Positions 19,280 to 29,535 of a stretch of 34,835 bases of DNA are shown piece by piece. Position numbers and translations under genes: made by a program. The notes beneath the pieces are model-generated. The model was not told where the DNA came from, searched no databases, and saw only the letters and a program-made list of their open reading frames with translations. Origin of the DNA: Gammaproteobacteria bacterium. Its GTDB lineage: Bacteria; Pseudomonadota; Gammaproteobacteria; GCA-001735895. Positions within the stretch are counted from its first letter, which is position 1. Each line of letters starts with the position of its first letter. The stretch spans positions 1 to 34,835 of the forward strand of contig JBNKUM010000057.1 of assembly GCA_050298595.1 (NCBI GenBank). The letters run 5' to 3'.

Positions 19280-20809
19280 TTAACTCGACTCATCGTCACT
19301 CGGCCGCCAGTTGGTTGGTCTCAACCAGGAGTGACCATCACTCGCGACCAGTCGCTCGGCGGCCTCTGGTCCCCAACTGCCAGCGCGGTAATTGGGAAAA
19401 TCGCTGGCTGGATTGTTTTCCCAGGCATCCAGTATCGGTTGTAATAATTTCCATGCAGCCTCAACCTGATCACTACGCATAAACAGGGTGGCATCACCCT
19501 CCAGTACATCATGCAACAGGGTTTCATACGCGCCTGGTGATTCCATTTCGAAGGCATCGCTGTAGGAGAATCGCATATCGACCGGGCGTAGACGCAGTGG
19601 AGAGCCGGGCTGTTTGGCCATGAATTTGAGAATGACACCCTGCTGTGGCTGTATCTGGATCACCAATCGCACTGGTTCTGTATTCAGTCCGGTGAGCGCG
19701 GGAAAAGCATTATGCGGAACATCGCGAAAACGGATAGAAATCTCCGATACCGCCTGTGTCATTCGCTTTCCAGTTCTCAGATAGACAGGCACACCCTGCC
19801 AGCGCCAGTTATCGATCAAAAATTTAATCGCAGCATAGGTCTCGGTGTTGGACTTTTTGGCTATATCAGGTTCATCGCGGTATTTAACAACGCTTTCCCC
19901 TTCTATCCACCCTCTATCGTATTGACCACGTACCGCACAGGCCGAGACCTGTTCAGGTGAGATTTTTCGACACGCGAGTAGCACATCGAGCTTCTTATTA
20001 CGGATATCATCAGCATCGTAGGCAACCGGTGGTTCCATAGCAATCAGACACATCAACTGCAATAGATGATTTTGCACCATATCGCGCAATGCTCCCGCCT
20101 GTTCATAATATCCAGCACGATGTTCCACACCGAGTGTTTCGGCTACGGTGATAGTGATGTGATCGATGTAACGGCGGTTCCAGATGGGTTCGAATATCGG
20201 GTTGGCAAAGCGCAACGCGAGGATATTCTGCACAGTCTCTTTACCGAGGAAATGATCCATTCTGAAAATCTGCTTTTCATCAAAATATTCAGACAAAGTT
20301 TGATTGATGCTCCTGAAAGACTCAAGATCATGTCCAAGCGGTTTTTCTACCACCACTCGAACTCGCTCTCGATCCGTCGCCAGCTCTGCGTCAGCAAGTC
20401 CAGCTGCAACCGCTGAGAATAAAATGGGCGGAATCGCCAGATAAAAAACAATGGTATCGGGCTCTGATTTATCTGGATGAATCAGTTTGTTTTTGAGTAT
20501 GCTGTAGGCTGTCGTATCGTTCAGGTCCATCTGATAACTGTCAATACAGTCTGCAAAGTTATCCCAATCAGTATCAGTGAAATGGCCTGAGTGGCTAAAG
20601 CGCTTTGCGCTATCACGCAGTCGAGCAATCAGTTTTTCATTATCAATCAAACGATCAGCCCCTAGCAGGCGGAAATTTTCAGGTAACTGGTTTTTACAAT
20701 ACAAGTCATAAATCGCAGGTCCTACCAGGCGCCAGGTCAGATCTCCCATTGCTCCAAATAGTACCAGAGTGGCTCTTTTGGGCATAGTCAAGGATTTATT
20801 TTTTTGCAT
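19280..20809 (-). CDS. zwf: Glucose-6-phosphate 1-dehydrogenase
   Basis: GAMGDL, VVEKPLG, RMDHFLGKE and RDMVQNH. Confidence 0.96.
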   Translation of the reverse strand: MQKNKSLTMPKRATLVLFGAMGDLTWRLVGPAIYDLYCKNQLPENFRLLGADRLIDNEKLIARLRDSAKRFSHSGHFTDTDWDNFADCIDSYQMDLNDTTAYSILKNKLIHPDKSEPDTIVFYLAIPPILFSAVAAGLADAELATDRERVRVVVEKPLGHDLESFRSINQTLSEYFDEKQIFRMDHFLGKETVQNILALRFANPIFEPIWNRRYIDHITITVAETLGVEHRAGYYEQAGALRDMVQNHLLQLMCLIAMEPPVAYDADDIRNKKLDVLLACRKISPEQVSACAVRGQYDRGWIEGESVVKYRDEPDIAKKSNTETYAAIKFLIDNWRWQGVPVYLRTGKRMTQAVSEISIRFRDVPHNAFPALTGLNTEPVRLVIQIQPQQGVILKFMAKQPGSPLRLRPVDMRFSYSDAFEMESPGAYETLLHDVLEGDATLFMRSDQVEAAWKLLQPILDAWENNPASDFPNYRAGSWGPEAAERLVASDGHSWLRPTNWRPSDDESS

Positions 20810-20812
20810 CGC

Positions 20813-21139
20813 TTAACCTGCCTCAGGGAAACGCTCAAGCGTTATTAAAATTTTACGATGCGACGCAGAATGAAGCTCACTACCGATGCAACATTGTCGA
20901 GTGACAGCCCCCTGAGCCTGGCTTTGCACCAGAGCTTTCAGGTTAGTTTCCAGACCCGCCACAGAGCGCTCTAGCGAAAATAACAACGTTACATTCACAT
21001 TAATTCCTTCTTCCAGCAAGGTATTAATGTCTACTAAACCTTCTTTGGTTCCGGGAATTTTAATCATGATATTGGGGCATAGCTTATCTACCTGTAGCGA
21101 ATTATCATATAGAAGATATTTACCTGATGTAGACAGCAC
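20813..21139 (-). pseudogene. tal: Transaldolase fragment
   Basis: [13 protein letters not shown] and [11 protein letters not shown] are present. The next motif ([13 protein letters not shown]) lies in another frame near 20855-20900, and both termini are missing. Confidence 0.8.
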
Positions 21140-21261
21140 CAGGTAAAGACAAGTTTCTTAACAACTCAAAAAACAGGCACACACCTCATGCTTGAACATT
21201 TCTTGAAGACTTACGGCTGCCCTGTTTTTATCATCCTGGATTACTATGGATCGAAATATCA

Positions 21262-21291
21262 GAATCTTTTTGGGACACCCACTTTTTGCTT
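21262..21291 (+). repeat. 30-bp GGGACACCC repeat, copy 1
   Basis: 29/30 identical to 29381-29410. Confidence 0.85.
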
Positions 21292-21293
21292 TC

Positions 21294-21373
21294 AAAACCA
21301 GACAAGCTTGCGAACAAATGGGAAAGAACTGGGAGCACGGTGTGAAACGCTGCGCTCAAGTTTTCCTGACACA
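21294..21373 (+). mobile_element. Short 3' remnant of a RAYT-like transposase
   Basis: RQACEQMGKNWEHGVKR is paralogous to about 24114-24193. Confidence 0.65.
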
Positions 21374-21751
21374 TAACCTTTACCCGCTCCTCAATCGAAC
21401 TAAATTCAACCTGATAGCACAGGTTGCAGGATTATTTTATCCTGAGAAGCAAGCCAGAGAAAAAACACAATAAGGTTAAACAAAACCCTATTATTGACTT
21501 AATCCCCCCCTTCATTTAACTGGAGCCATAGCTGAGTAGCTGAAGTTTAATTTTCTTTCCAGGTGTCTTTAAAGATTATCGTTTACTGTTCTATGAATAT
21601 TCTAGTAAATTCTACTTCCGTTGTTGAAATTCTGTAACCCCTGTCTATAGTGAAGCATAGAATTCAATAAGTTTGTGTTACTGATATATACAGTCACCTT
21701 CCCAACAATATCTCGCATCTGCGATAAACTCTATTCTTTAATACCCGCAAC

Positions 21752-22267
21752 ATGGAGAAATCTAAAGTGAACCCAGTAGTTAAACTATGTACTACAGCAG
21801 CTGTCCTTGGACTAGTCGCATGTGCCACCAACGTGCCTGTACCCAAAAGTGGCCCTGTAGCTAATCTCAGCGTAAAAGTAACCAATTTTGCAGAGAATCG
21901 TTCATTGCTGAATATTGAAAATATCTGGGTTACACTAGAGGCCAAAGACACGGGGTGGGAAGGAGTCTATGTGTTAAAAAATGACGAGCCTTCAAAGGAC
22001 TTCGTTATACCAGCCAGCACCAACGTAAACTTAGCGCTCAAACTGATGCAGGGAGGCGGTGGTTTTTCCAGTTCATGCGGAGCCCAATTCGACCTCACTC
22101 CTCCAAAAAATGCAAAACTAAACGCTGAATTCACCTTTCATCGAGGCGCGAAAGGGCCTGAAATTACCGGTTGTAATATCAACCTGTACTCCAATTCAAA
22201 ACTCATAAATACTTTTACAGGTGGTTCTAATATTACACATTACTTTGTGAAGGTTTTGCCTCAATAA
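21752..22267 (+). CDS. Hypothetical lipoprotein
   Basis: Lipobox LVAC after a hydrophobic stretch. 171 aa, no family recognised. Confidence 0.7.
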   Translation: MEKSKVNPVVKLCTTAAVLGLVACATNVPVPKSGPVANLSVKVTNFAENRSLLNIENIWVTLEAKDTGWEGVYVLKNDEPSKDFVIPASTNVNLALKLMQGGGGFSSSCGAQFDLTPPKNAKLNAEFTFHRGAKGPEITGCNINLYSNSKLINTFTGGSNITHYFVKVLPQ

Positions 22268-22596
22268 TCATCTACCTCTTATTAATAGTTCACAGTGATG
22301 CGATTGCTGTGAAATCAAGTTATAGTGGTCGGAAGTATATGGAAATTAACCCCATATACTTCCGCCCTATTTGATTACCGGCTTTTAACAAGGACAATGA
22401 AAAAAAGGAATCTAAATTTCAACGTGAAATTCCTGGCAGGTTTAAAACCATGAATTAGAATTTGCTAAATAACAATGATCGGCACGAGAAAAGGATTTGA
22501 TTCTTACCAGACCCTCGTTTTTAGAGACGGGATTTTAGACGCATTTAGCACCCGCAAAAGATAACAGAAATTATATTATTACACGTAAATTAATGT

Positions 22597-23361
22597 TCAA
22601 TATTCGTAGGAGCTGACCTGCGATTGTTTAGCGTCGATTTTGACGAGGTATTCCGCATTCGGATAGCTGGGAATACTGTCAATATTACTTTCGCTTTTCT
22701 CCGCCTGAATTTTAATCCGGCTGCCGTTGGGCGCGATACGCATTGAGGTTTGGTAAATATCGGCATTTATATCGCTACTGGGTCGAACCAGAACTACTTC
22801 AGCCTGGTTGCTTTTCATAACCAGTTCAGTTTGCGGCAAAAACAACAGGCACTGTTTGTGGCGCAGCACCAGCGGCTGTGCAGCCCTGGGCGTTGAGGCG
22901 AGGCCACAGTTCCACGCCAGAGAGGATTTATCATGCCAATAAATCACTACCTGTGCCTGTTCTATGCTGAGCGAAACCGGACCATCCCAGCTTACGCTTT
23001 TCCAATCAGATGAATTCAAGTCCAGGGCGGCATTGTCCTCATCGGCATAATTGAAGTCATCGGCACTAATGGCCCATGAGATAATTAGCCCAATAACAAT
23101 CAGAGATATGACTGCGGCTCCAATAAACCCTAATGCGCCCTTACCGAGGCGAGCCAAAATACCAGGCTGTTTTGTGGGAGCCTGCTCAAGGTATTGGTTT
23201 GCAAGTTCTTGCGGTGATCCGAAACGTCCAGCTATCTCAGCTTCCGGACAATCGCTGTCTATGATCAGGGACTCGATTTCCTGCAGAATATCTTTTCGGG
23301 TCTTACGATCTAGCTTGTGTAGATGCTTCTTTAAACTGGTGAGGTATTGTTGTTTGTTCAT
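22597..23361 (-). CDS. DUF1700/HAAS-like membrane protein
   Basis: MNKQQYL..L...L...DILQEI...FGSPQELA N-domain followed by one TM segment. Downstream of padR. Confidence 0.75.
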   Translation of the reverse strand: MNKQQYLTSLKKHLHKLDRKTRKDILQEIESLIIDSDCPEAEIAGRFGSPQELANQYLEQAPTKQPGILARLGKGALGFIGAAVISLIVIGLIISWAISADDFNYADEDNAALDLNSSDWKSVSWDGPVSLSIEQAQVVIYWHDKSSLAWNCGLASTPRAAQPLVLRHKQCLLFLPQTELVMKSNQAEVVLVRPSSDINADIYQTSMRIAPNGSRIKIQAEKSESNIDSIPSYPNAEYLVKIDAKQSQVSSYEY

Positions 23362-23392
23362 ATCAGCTCCATAAAATTATCAAAACATGCGC

Positions 23393-23734
23393 TCAACAGT
23401 TTTTAAGTTGTTCCAGAATTTCATGATTGGTATCGAATGCCGCTATCATTTGCGGGACTAATGATTTGCAACCTCCCTGTAACCGATAAAACCGGCGCGG
23501 ATGGCCGCTGGTTTCAGGGGTTTGCCACTCGGATTCGAGCCAGCCGTTTTGCTGCATGCGGTTGAGTAAAGGGTAAAGTGTGCCCTCGTTCACTTCGAGA
23601 CCGGTAGCCGCCAACGCCTGCAAGATCTCCAGCCCGTAGGCAGATATACGCTGTTGTAAGTACACCAGCACGCAGAGCTCGAGATAACCTTTCCTAAGCT
23701 GGGTCACCCACTTTTGATAGTTCGTTTTATCCAT
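23393..23734 (-). CDS. PadR-family transcriptional regulator
   Basis: QLRKGYLELCVL, YGLEI, EGTLYPLLNRM and PRRFYRL. Confidence 0.93.
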   Translation of the reverse strand: MDKTNYQKWVTQLRKGYLELCVLVYLQQRISAYGLEILQALAATGLEVNEGTLYPLLNRMQQNGWLESEWQTPETSGHPRRFYRLQGGCKSLVPQMIAAFDTNHEILEQLKNC

Positions 23735-23752
23735 GCGGTGAATTAAAACACA

Positions 23753-23775
23753 AATACCTTGTATAACATAGTATT
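23753..23775. promoter_or_regulatory. Probable PadR operator
   Basis: Imperfect palindrome AATACCTTGTATAACATAGTATT about 20 bp upstream of padR. Confidence 0.6.
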
Positions 23776-23914
23776 ATTTATAAATTTTTACCTGCTAATA
23801 ACATAAGCAACCTGAGAAACGTAGATTGCGTCATTAAAACAATGACTTACAGGAAGAGAATGTCCGAATTCCGAATCAGAGAGCAATTGTTTATGATGTT
23901 GTGATTTTTGTGTT

Positions 23915-24195
23915 CCGGGGAATACACTTTCGCTACACCGATTACCTTGAACTGGTGGAGTGGACTGGTCGTATTCTGCGAGATGATAAAAAAAGATACA
24001 TTCCTGAACATCTACCTGACATACTCACCCGACTGAATGTCGATCCCAGGCACTGGGTTTACCTGACAAAGGATTTCAAAAGCCCGTTTAAATCACTGGT
24101 GGGTAGCGCATATAAAATCAGACAAGCCTGTGAGCAAATGGGGAAGAACTGGGTACACGGTGTAAAGCGCTACGCTGAAGTTTTTCCTGACACAC
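23915..24195 (+). mobile_element. C-terminal remnant of a REP-associated tyrosine (Y1/HUH) transposase
   Basis: DYLELVEWTGRILRDDKK..IP...PDILTRLN resembles the C-terminus of gammaproteobacterial RAYT-like transposases (recognised from memory). The catalytic N-terminus is absent. Confidence 0.7.
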
Positions 24196-24227
24196 AATTA
24201 ACCGGGGTCACACAATTAACCGGGGTC
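24192..24227 (+). repeat. 18-bp perfect tandem duplication ending in GGGGTC
   Basis: ACACAATTAACCGGGGTC x2. Confidence 0.95.
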
Positions 24228-24322
24228 AGGTACAAATTAAAGTTCAACATGCATTTTGCTCCAATTATCCTGCACTCAGCAGGAAATTGAGAGCGACGAC
24301 GTAACCGCGTATTGTTATGTTT

Positions 24323-24618
24323 TTACGCATTATCTACTTCTGTGTTCCACTCTTTCTCATAGCCTGTATTTTCTAAATAACCACCTAAAGAGTTATAAAG
24401 CTTTTCAGTCCAATATTGTGAACTTCCTTCACAGGTTAATACAACCCCACCTTCGGCTGACTTATTAACCATTTCCCAAAAGAACTTGCTAAGAATTGTT
24501 GCTTCTTCACCAGAAGTCACAATTCCAGTCTTTAGTATTTCTTCAGCTTTATTATTACTTAAGAGGCTAGCAAAGTGTAATGCTACTATTTTTCTTCTTT
24601 GTAATAGTATTCAATCAT
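24323..24618 (-). pseudogene. Frameshifted ~98-aa hypothetical gene, cassette-like
   Basis: ATG at 24618 gives MIEYYKEEK then a stop. One extra A in the A5 run joins it to the 24323-24520 ORF. ACATAAC follows the stop. Confidence 0.5.
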
Positions 24619-24730
24619 AGCGCTTTTCTTGCACCTTGTATTACAGACATACGGTATGCCACCATTTTTATTTTTCTGACCAGTTAAAATAAAGTCATAG
24701 GCTGCTAAATCCAGGTCTGTAATCACCTAA

Positions 24731-27700
24731 CTAATTCGATGCCGTATCTGAGCTAGCTTTAGTTCCACCCACTGCAAAATAAGGTCTCTCGGAGGCAAAC
24801 AGCAACCTCCCTGCTTTAATTTTCCACTCATCAGGCACCTGTTTTTTGCCCATCATAATTGCCGCTGTTGAATAGAGGTATCCACGCTCGTAAGGCTCCA
24901 GGCCCTGCATATCCTGTTCGAAGTCTTTATAAGCACCGCTAGAGTAAAGTTTTTGCAAAATTGCCAACATATCCCGCGCACCGCCACCCAGCTTTATGGC
25001 CATATCCTGATAAGGCATATGGTCGGCACCTTCTCTTAGCGCTAGACCCAACATGCTCCAGGTGGTGGCGTCATCAATACCATGCTCGTTTGGCATAGAC
25101 AGGGCCTCTTTCGCCAACCCCGGAGCGGCACCATCCGATGCTGCCAACAACCGTAGGCTGCGGGTTTGTGTCTTCTCCATTTCACGGGCAGCGATTAATG
25201 CCGCATCCAGATCGCCTTTGTTCATCAGGCTGTAAACCCGATAAGGAGAATCACCCAGATCCTCACCGGTTTCCAACTGAATGCGGTTTGATAACGTATC
25301 GGACACAGCAGTCAGTTGCTGATAATCTGAAGCAGTGATCGTATCCAACAGACGCATGACGCGAGCCAGGTCGACAGCCAGACTGTTTTTATACGGTCCC
25401 TGTTTGCTCATGGCCTCGCTCAATGCCCGTTGGGCATTTTCCCAATCTCCCAGTTCCGCATAGGTAGCACCTGCCGCGACTTTAAACCAGACATTATCTG
25501 GCCATTTTTTCTCACCCTCAATAAAGGCCCGGTTTATCTCCGTCAGTTTGGGTAAGCAGCGCGCTGCCAGATATTGTAAATTTGCATCATCAGGACTTTG
25601 AGCCGCCAGAGCCGAATGTTGTTTACAAAGTGAGTTATAGGCAGTTTCGTCCGACGCGTAATCTTGCATCAAACGCATGGCGACAATATCGTTCGGAAAG
25701 TTACCTAATCGCTCTTCCAGCAAAGGCATTATCTCAGTTTTCTCAAAGGCCATACCTAACCATTTATAGAGAAACAGGGAGTAAGGTGAATCCCATACCG
25801 CATGCTGATGAATCATTGTCTCTAACTCTAACTCTGACTCAATATAATCTACCAGGTTAGTGGGGTCGGCATCTCCGTAGTTGGCATCCAGAACTGTGCG
25901 TGTTGCCCCTCCTGTTTTTGTTGTAACAGTTTCAGGTGGTTCTTTAAACAACACCTGGGCTGAGGTTGTTATCCAACGAGGAGCACCCAGCTTGCGATCA
26001 GGCCTGCCCTGCGCATTGCCATACACCTCCGTCCATTCAAGCAGTGGAGATGCGTTGGCCACGCTATAGATATACTGACCAAAACCACCTGAGGTTTTTA
26101 CCTGGAAGCTCTCGACTTCCTGTCCATTGATTGAGGCCGTAACCTTATGGTAGCTGCTGGCGGGTATCTCCAGTTCGGTATGGCTAAACGCGCCCAGGTT
26201 AACTGACTGCCCCGCAATATCCACCTGAACGGTATTAGCTAACCCATTAAACACCGTTACACTAGCGTTGCCAACCAGAGTTCCCAGATAAATTACCACT
26301 CCGACAACGGACGCAGCTACGACAAACCGGAGCGTAGCAGGAATCAGACCGCTTGCTGTATAAAAGCGGTCCCATAAACCCAGCTGCGTTTGTCGTTCAC
26401 GCTCCTGTCCGTGCATCAGGGTGGCGTAAATCGTTGGTACCTTTGGAGCAAGCGGTGCATCAGAAACTGCGGTACTGTCACGATGATGCTTCTCCAGATA
26501 TCCCTCAACCTTAAGCAGCTGTTCCAATGCAGACGTCTTAACCGCAGACATGGCATTGAGAGTAGTACCAATCCAGCCGTCAAATACATCCATCCAGCTG
26601 TTGATGTTTTCCTTGTTCGCCGCAACCAGACCAAACTCACCCAGCTCTACTTTCCAGTCTTCGATCTCAAGCTGCTTGCCCACCAGGCTTCCCAGTTGAA
26701 CCTGATCTGCTTTTTCATAAATCTCCGCCAATACCGCAAATGCTTCATTTGCCGCTTTGATCAAACGCTTGAGTTCCCGCTTTGACACACGGTCGTCTGC
26801 GGTAATCACTGCAACAACATTACTCACATAACCATGCACATCATGCAGATTGGCCTGGCAGTGGTCAGCATAATGCAACAATGCAATCAGGCCCTTGAGG
26901 CTTTCTTCCCACCCCTTGCCAGCACGCCGGGCCAATGCCAGATGCGCAGTACGACAACGGATATCATGGGCCTGTATTAACTTCTCTACAGCATCAATTT
27001 CGTCCTGCATGGAACGTAGTTCCTGGGGAATTTCATTGCGACTGATTTGCTTGTCACGATGACGAATCACACCATCAGTTACATGCAGTGTTTTCTGCTG
27101 GATACCTTCAAGATGTGACTTTTCCTCATACAGTACCCGCAACTTATCAAGGTCATCCGACAAAGATTCCTGGTATAGCTGATCCAGTTCTGCATCCACA
27201 TCTTGCAAAGCAGCATAATCGCCATAAAGCTGTGAACTCTCAGTTGTGTAACGGGTGATAGAACGGCCAAGATAAGCGCCTTGAAAGCGCCTGGCGAAAT
27301 AAGCCTTGTTAAACTGCGTCTTCAGTTTTGCAAGCGTATCCTTCAACTCGGTTTTGCTGAGATCGGATGGATCAATCAGGTGTTCAGACATACGTTCGCG
27401 CAAGCTACGGGCATGATGAAATAGATTCCAGGCAGCACGATCATCCACCTCGGCTGCAATATAGGTCTGTTTGGCATTCTCTTCGCGGGCTGAGTTCTCA
27501 GGATGGGTCGCCCACATTCTTGGCGGTGTCGCCATAGCTGCCTTGAACAGGCGATGGTTAGCTGCATCGACTTCGGGCAGCGGTGGGATCTGGCCATAGT
27601 CCTGATCATTAAGGATCTCCCTCAGACGCTGGATGATAAGCTTCTGGATAACGAAGATATCCGTAATAGCATGCCCTTCGCGCGCCTCCGATTCAGCAAA

Positions 27701-28585
27701 GCTCAGCGCTCTGTCCCAGGCTTCATCTGCCGCATTCAATTTATGCAAGGCATGAATCAGGGCATCACTACCGGTTAGCGATACCGCCACCAAGTCAGCC
27801 TGAAATTCCATCTCCCGCGACAGGGCGCGCTGGGCAATCACTACAATACTGAATACCGTATCAAGCAGGGAGCGGATCGACCACACCACAAAACGAAGAA
27901 TCCAACCTACCCAGGCAATGCGTAAATCAAAGCGCGACAGGCCATGGATAAACTTATCGAAAATATCCCGTTGAGAAATAATGTGGGACGCTATCTGATG
28001 GGCGATATAAACCCAGCTCCCAACCGCCATCGAACGTTGGGCAAAATGCCCAAACTCATGTGCCAGAACGGCCTTAAGTTCACCAAGATTAAGCACATTA
28101 ACTAATCCTAAACCGATCTCAAGATTCTTCTTGGATGGATAAAACAGATTAATAATTGAGAGATCATAAAACACTGCTGCATTAACTCGTGGTGATACAA
28201 ATACTCGATATGGTCTGGGTGCACCCGCCTCATCAGCCAGTGTATTCAGAAACTCAAACAGTCTGGGTTCATCTTCAGCTTTAAGCTCAATATCATTATC
28301 CTGCTGGCCCCGTTTGACGAAAAACAGTGCCTTTAGCATGAACAGGGCCAAAAACGCTGCTGGCAATCCCGTCGCTAATCCCCTGAACAGATCTCCATCC
28401 GGTTCCAGCGCAGCAGAAATCAAGCGATATCCGGTCCAGCTAAACCAGGCCGTCAGGCCGAAATACAGTGCAACAAACAGGAGCAAACCCAGCACGGCAA
28501 TCCACACCCGGCTTTTATATTTGTTATTCGGTTTGGTCAGATCATCGGGCACATTAGCAGGGCTCGGAGGATAGATTTCATTCAC
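24731..28585 (-). CDS. M48-family zinc metallopeptidase with a very long C-terminal extension
   Basis: Two N-terminal TMs, VNAAV, AHEFGH, EFQAD and THP motifs. Confidence 0.88.
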   Translation of the reverse strand: MNEIYPPSPANVPDDLTKPNNKYKSRVWIAVLGLLLFVALYFGLTAWFSWTGYRLISAALEPDGDLFRGLATGLPAAFLALFMLKALFFVKRGQQDNDIELKAEDEPRLFEFLNTLADEAGAPRPYRVFVSPRVNAAVFYDLSIINLFYPSKKNLEIGLGLVNVLNLGELKAVLAHEFGHFAQRSMAVGSWVYIAHQIASHIISQRDIFDKFIHGLSRFDLRIAWVGWILRFVVWSIRSLLDTVFSIVVIAQRALSREMEFQADLVAVSLTGSDALIHALHKLNAADEAWDRALSFAESEAREGHAITDIFVIQKLIIQRLREILNDQDYGQIPPLPEVDAANHRLFKAAMATPPRMWATHPENSAREENAKQTYIAAEVDDRAAWNLFHHARSLRERMSEHLIDPSDLSKTELKDTLAKLKTQFNKAYFARRFQGAYLGRSITRYTTESSQLYGDYAALQDVDAELDQLYQESLSDDLDKLRVLYEEKSHLEGIQQKTLHVTDGVIRHRDKQISRNEIPQELRSMQDEIDAVEKLIQAHDIRCRTAHLALARRAGKGWEESLKGLIALLHYADHCQANLHDVHGYVSNVVAVITADDRVSKRELKRLIKAANEAFAVLAEIYEKADQVQLGSLVGKQLEIEDWKVELGEFGLVAANKENINSWMDVFDGWIGTTLNAMSAVKTSALEQLLKVEGYLEKHHRDSTAVSDAPLAPKVPTIYATLMHGQERERQTQLGLWDRFYTASGLIPATLRFVVAASVVGVVIYLGTLVGNASVTVFNGLANTVQVDIAGQSVNLGAFSHTELEIPASSYHKVTASINGQEVESFQVKTSGGFGQYIYSVANASPLLEWTEVYGNAQGRPDRKLGAPRWITTSAQVLFKEPPETVTTKTGGATRTVLDANYGDADPTNLVDYIESELELETMIHQHAVWDSPYSLFLYKWLGMAFEKTEIMPLLEERLGNFPNDIVAMRLMQDYASDETAYNSLCKQHSALAAQSPDDANLQYLAARCLPKLTEINRAFIEGEKKWPDNVWFKVAAGATYAELGDWENAQRALSEAMSKQGPYKNSLAVDLARVMRLLDTITASDYQQLTAVSDTLSNRIQLETGEDLGDSPYRVYSLMNKGDLDAALIAAREMEKTQTRSLRLLAASDGAAPGLAKEALSMPNEHGIDDATTWSMLGLALREGADHMPYQDMAIKLGGGARDMLAILQKLYSSGAYKDFEQDMQGLEPYERGYLYSTAAIMMGKKQVPDEWKIKAGRLLFASERPYFAVGGTKASSDTASN

Positions 28586-29380
28586 AAGAACACCCCGTCA
28601 GTTTGTTTTTAAAAAAATGTGGGAGGAAAGTAAAAGGGACTGGAAGCAATAGTGCAACGTCATAGACTTGCAGGCATCCATTCGAGTCTGGATTTTCCAT
28701 GGTTTTCTAAACACCTCTAGCTCCCCCTTTTTTATTCAAATTTTTAAAAGTAGTATTTTTCCGTAGGTCTGGGGGAATAAAACAACGGAGAATAAAACAA
28801 TGGGAAATAAAGCTTTTCCCCTTCCTTGTATATCAAATTTAAAGCTTAAAGCATGATTTTTCCAGTCTGTACAGCATCGACAAACCATATCGTCTCTTCA
28901 TGATATCAGCTCGCATTAACAGTTAAATATGTAATGACTTGAAGGAAGATCAGCAATCGATTACCTCAGTTACAATAATCTCTAAAAATTTGTACCCATA
29001 TCCACTCTAAAGTCAAAAACAGTTTTTCTCCTTTTCATAGATTGAAAAACCTGGAAGTTCCATGCTCAATTTTTATCTGATTTCTCAAGATTTTCCGTGC
29101 ACTTTCCTTAACCTTTATTAAAGTTCCCTACTCTAAACTGCCATCAAATTTATTCGAATTCCTGAAGTATGTGCCGACGCTGAAAACCGACGATCAACAA
29201 GCCCTTATATTTTTGCGTTGATAAATTACATTAAACAGGATTGATCGTCAATTTGGATTTGTTCTGCCACCAGTGACTAAGATATGGTCTAAGATATGCC
29301 AAAATTTAATTTACAATTATTATCGTTGCTACAGCATTAACGTTCACATCAAAACTAATTAGTTTGCACCAAATCTTTTG

Positions 29381-29410
29381 GAATCTTTTGGGGACACCCA
29401 CTTTTTGCTT
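29381..29410 (+). repeat. 30-bp GGGGACACCC repeat, copy 2
   Basis: Matches 21262-21291 and overlaps a 10-bp duplication (AATCTTTTGG x2, 29372-29391). Confidence 0.85.
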
Positions 29411-29535
29411 ATAATACAGGAATTTCAAGCAAAGCTTAAAGTTCCTGAGAAGATTAAAACTATGAATAAGAATTTGGCAAATAATTATTGATAGGTACGA
29501 AAAAGGATTTAATTTTTGCCTGACTCCTTTTCTTT

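Noticed and set aside
23761-23767. GTATAAC upstream of padR as a cassette core site
   Set aside because: Better explained as the centre of the PadR-type operator palindrome. No attC follows the gene pair.
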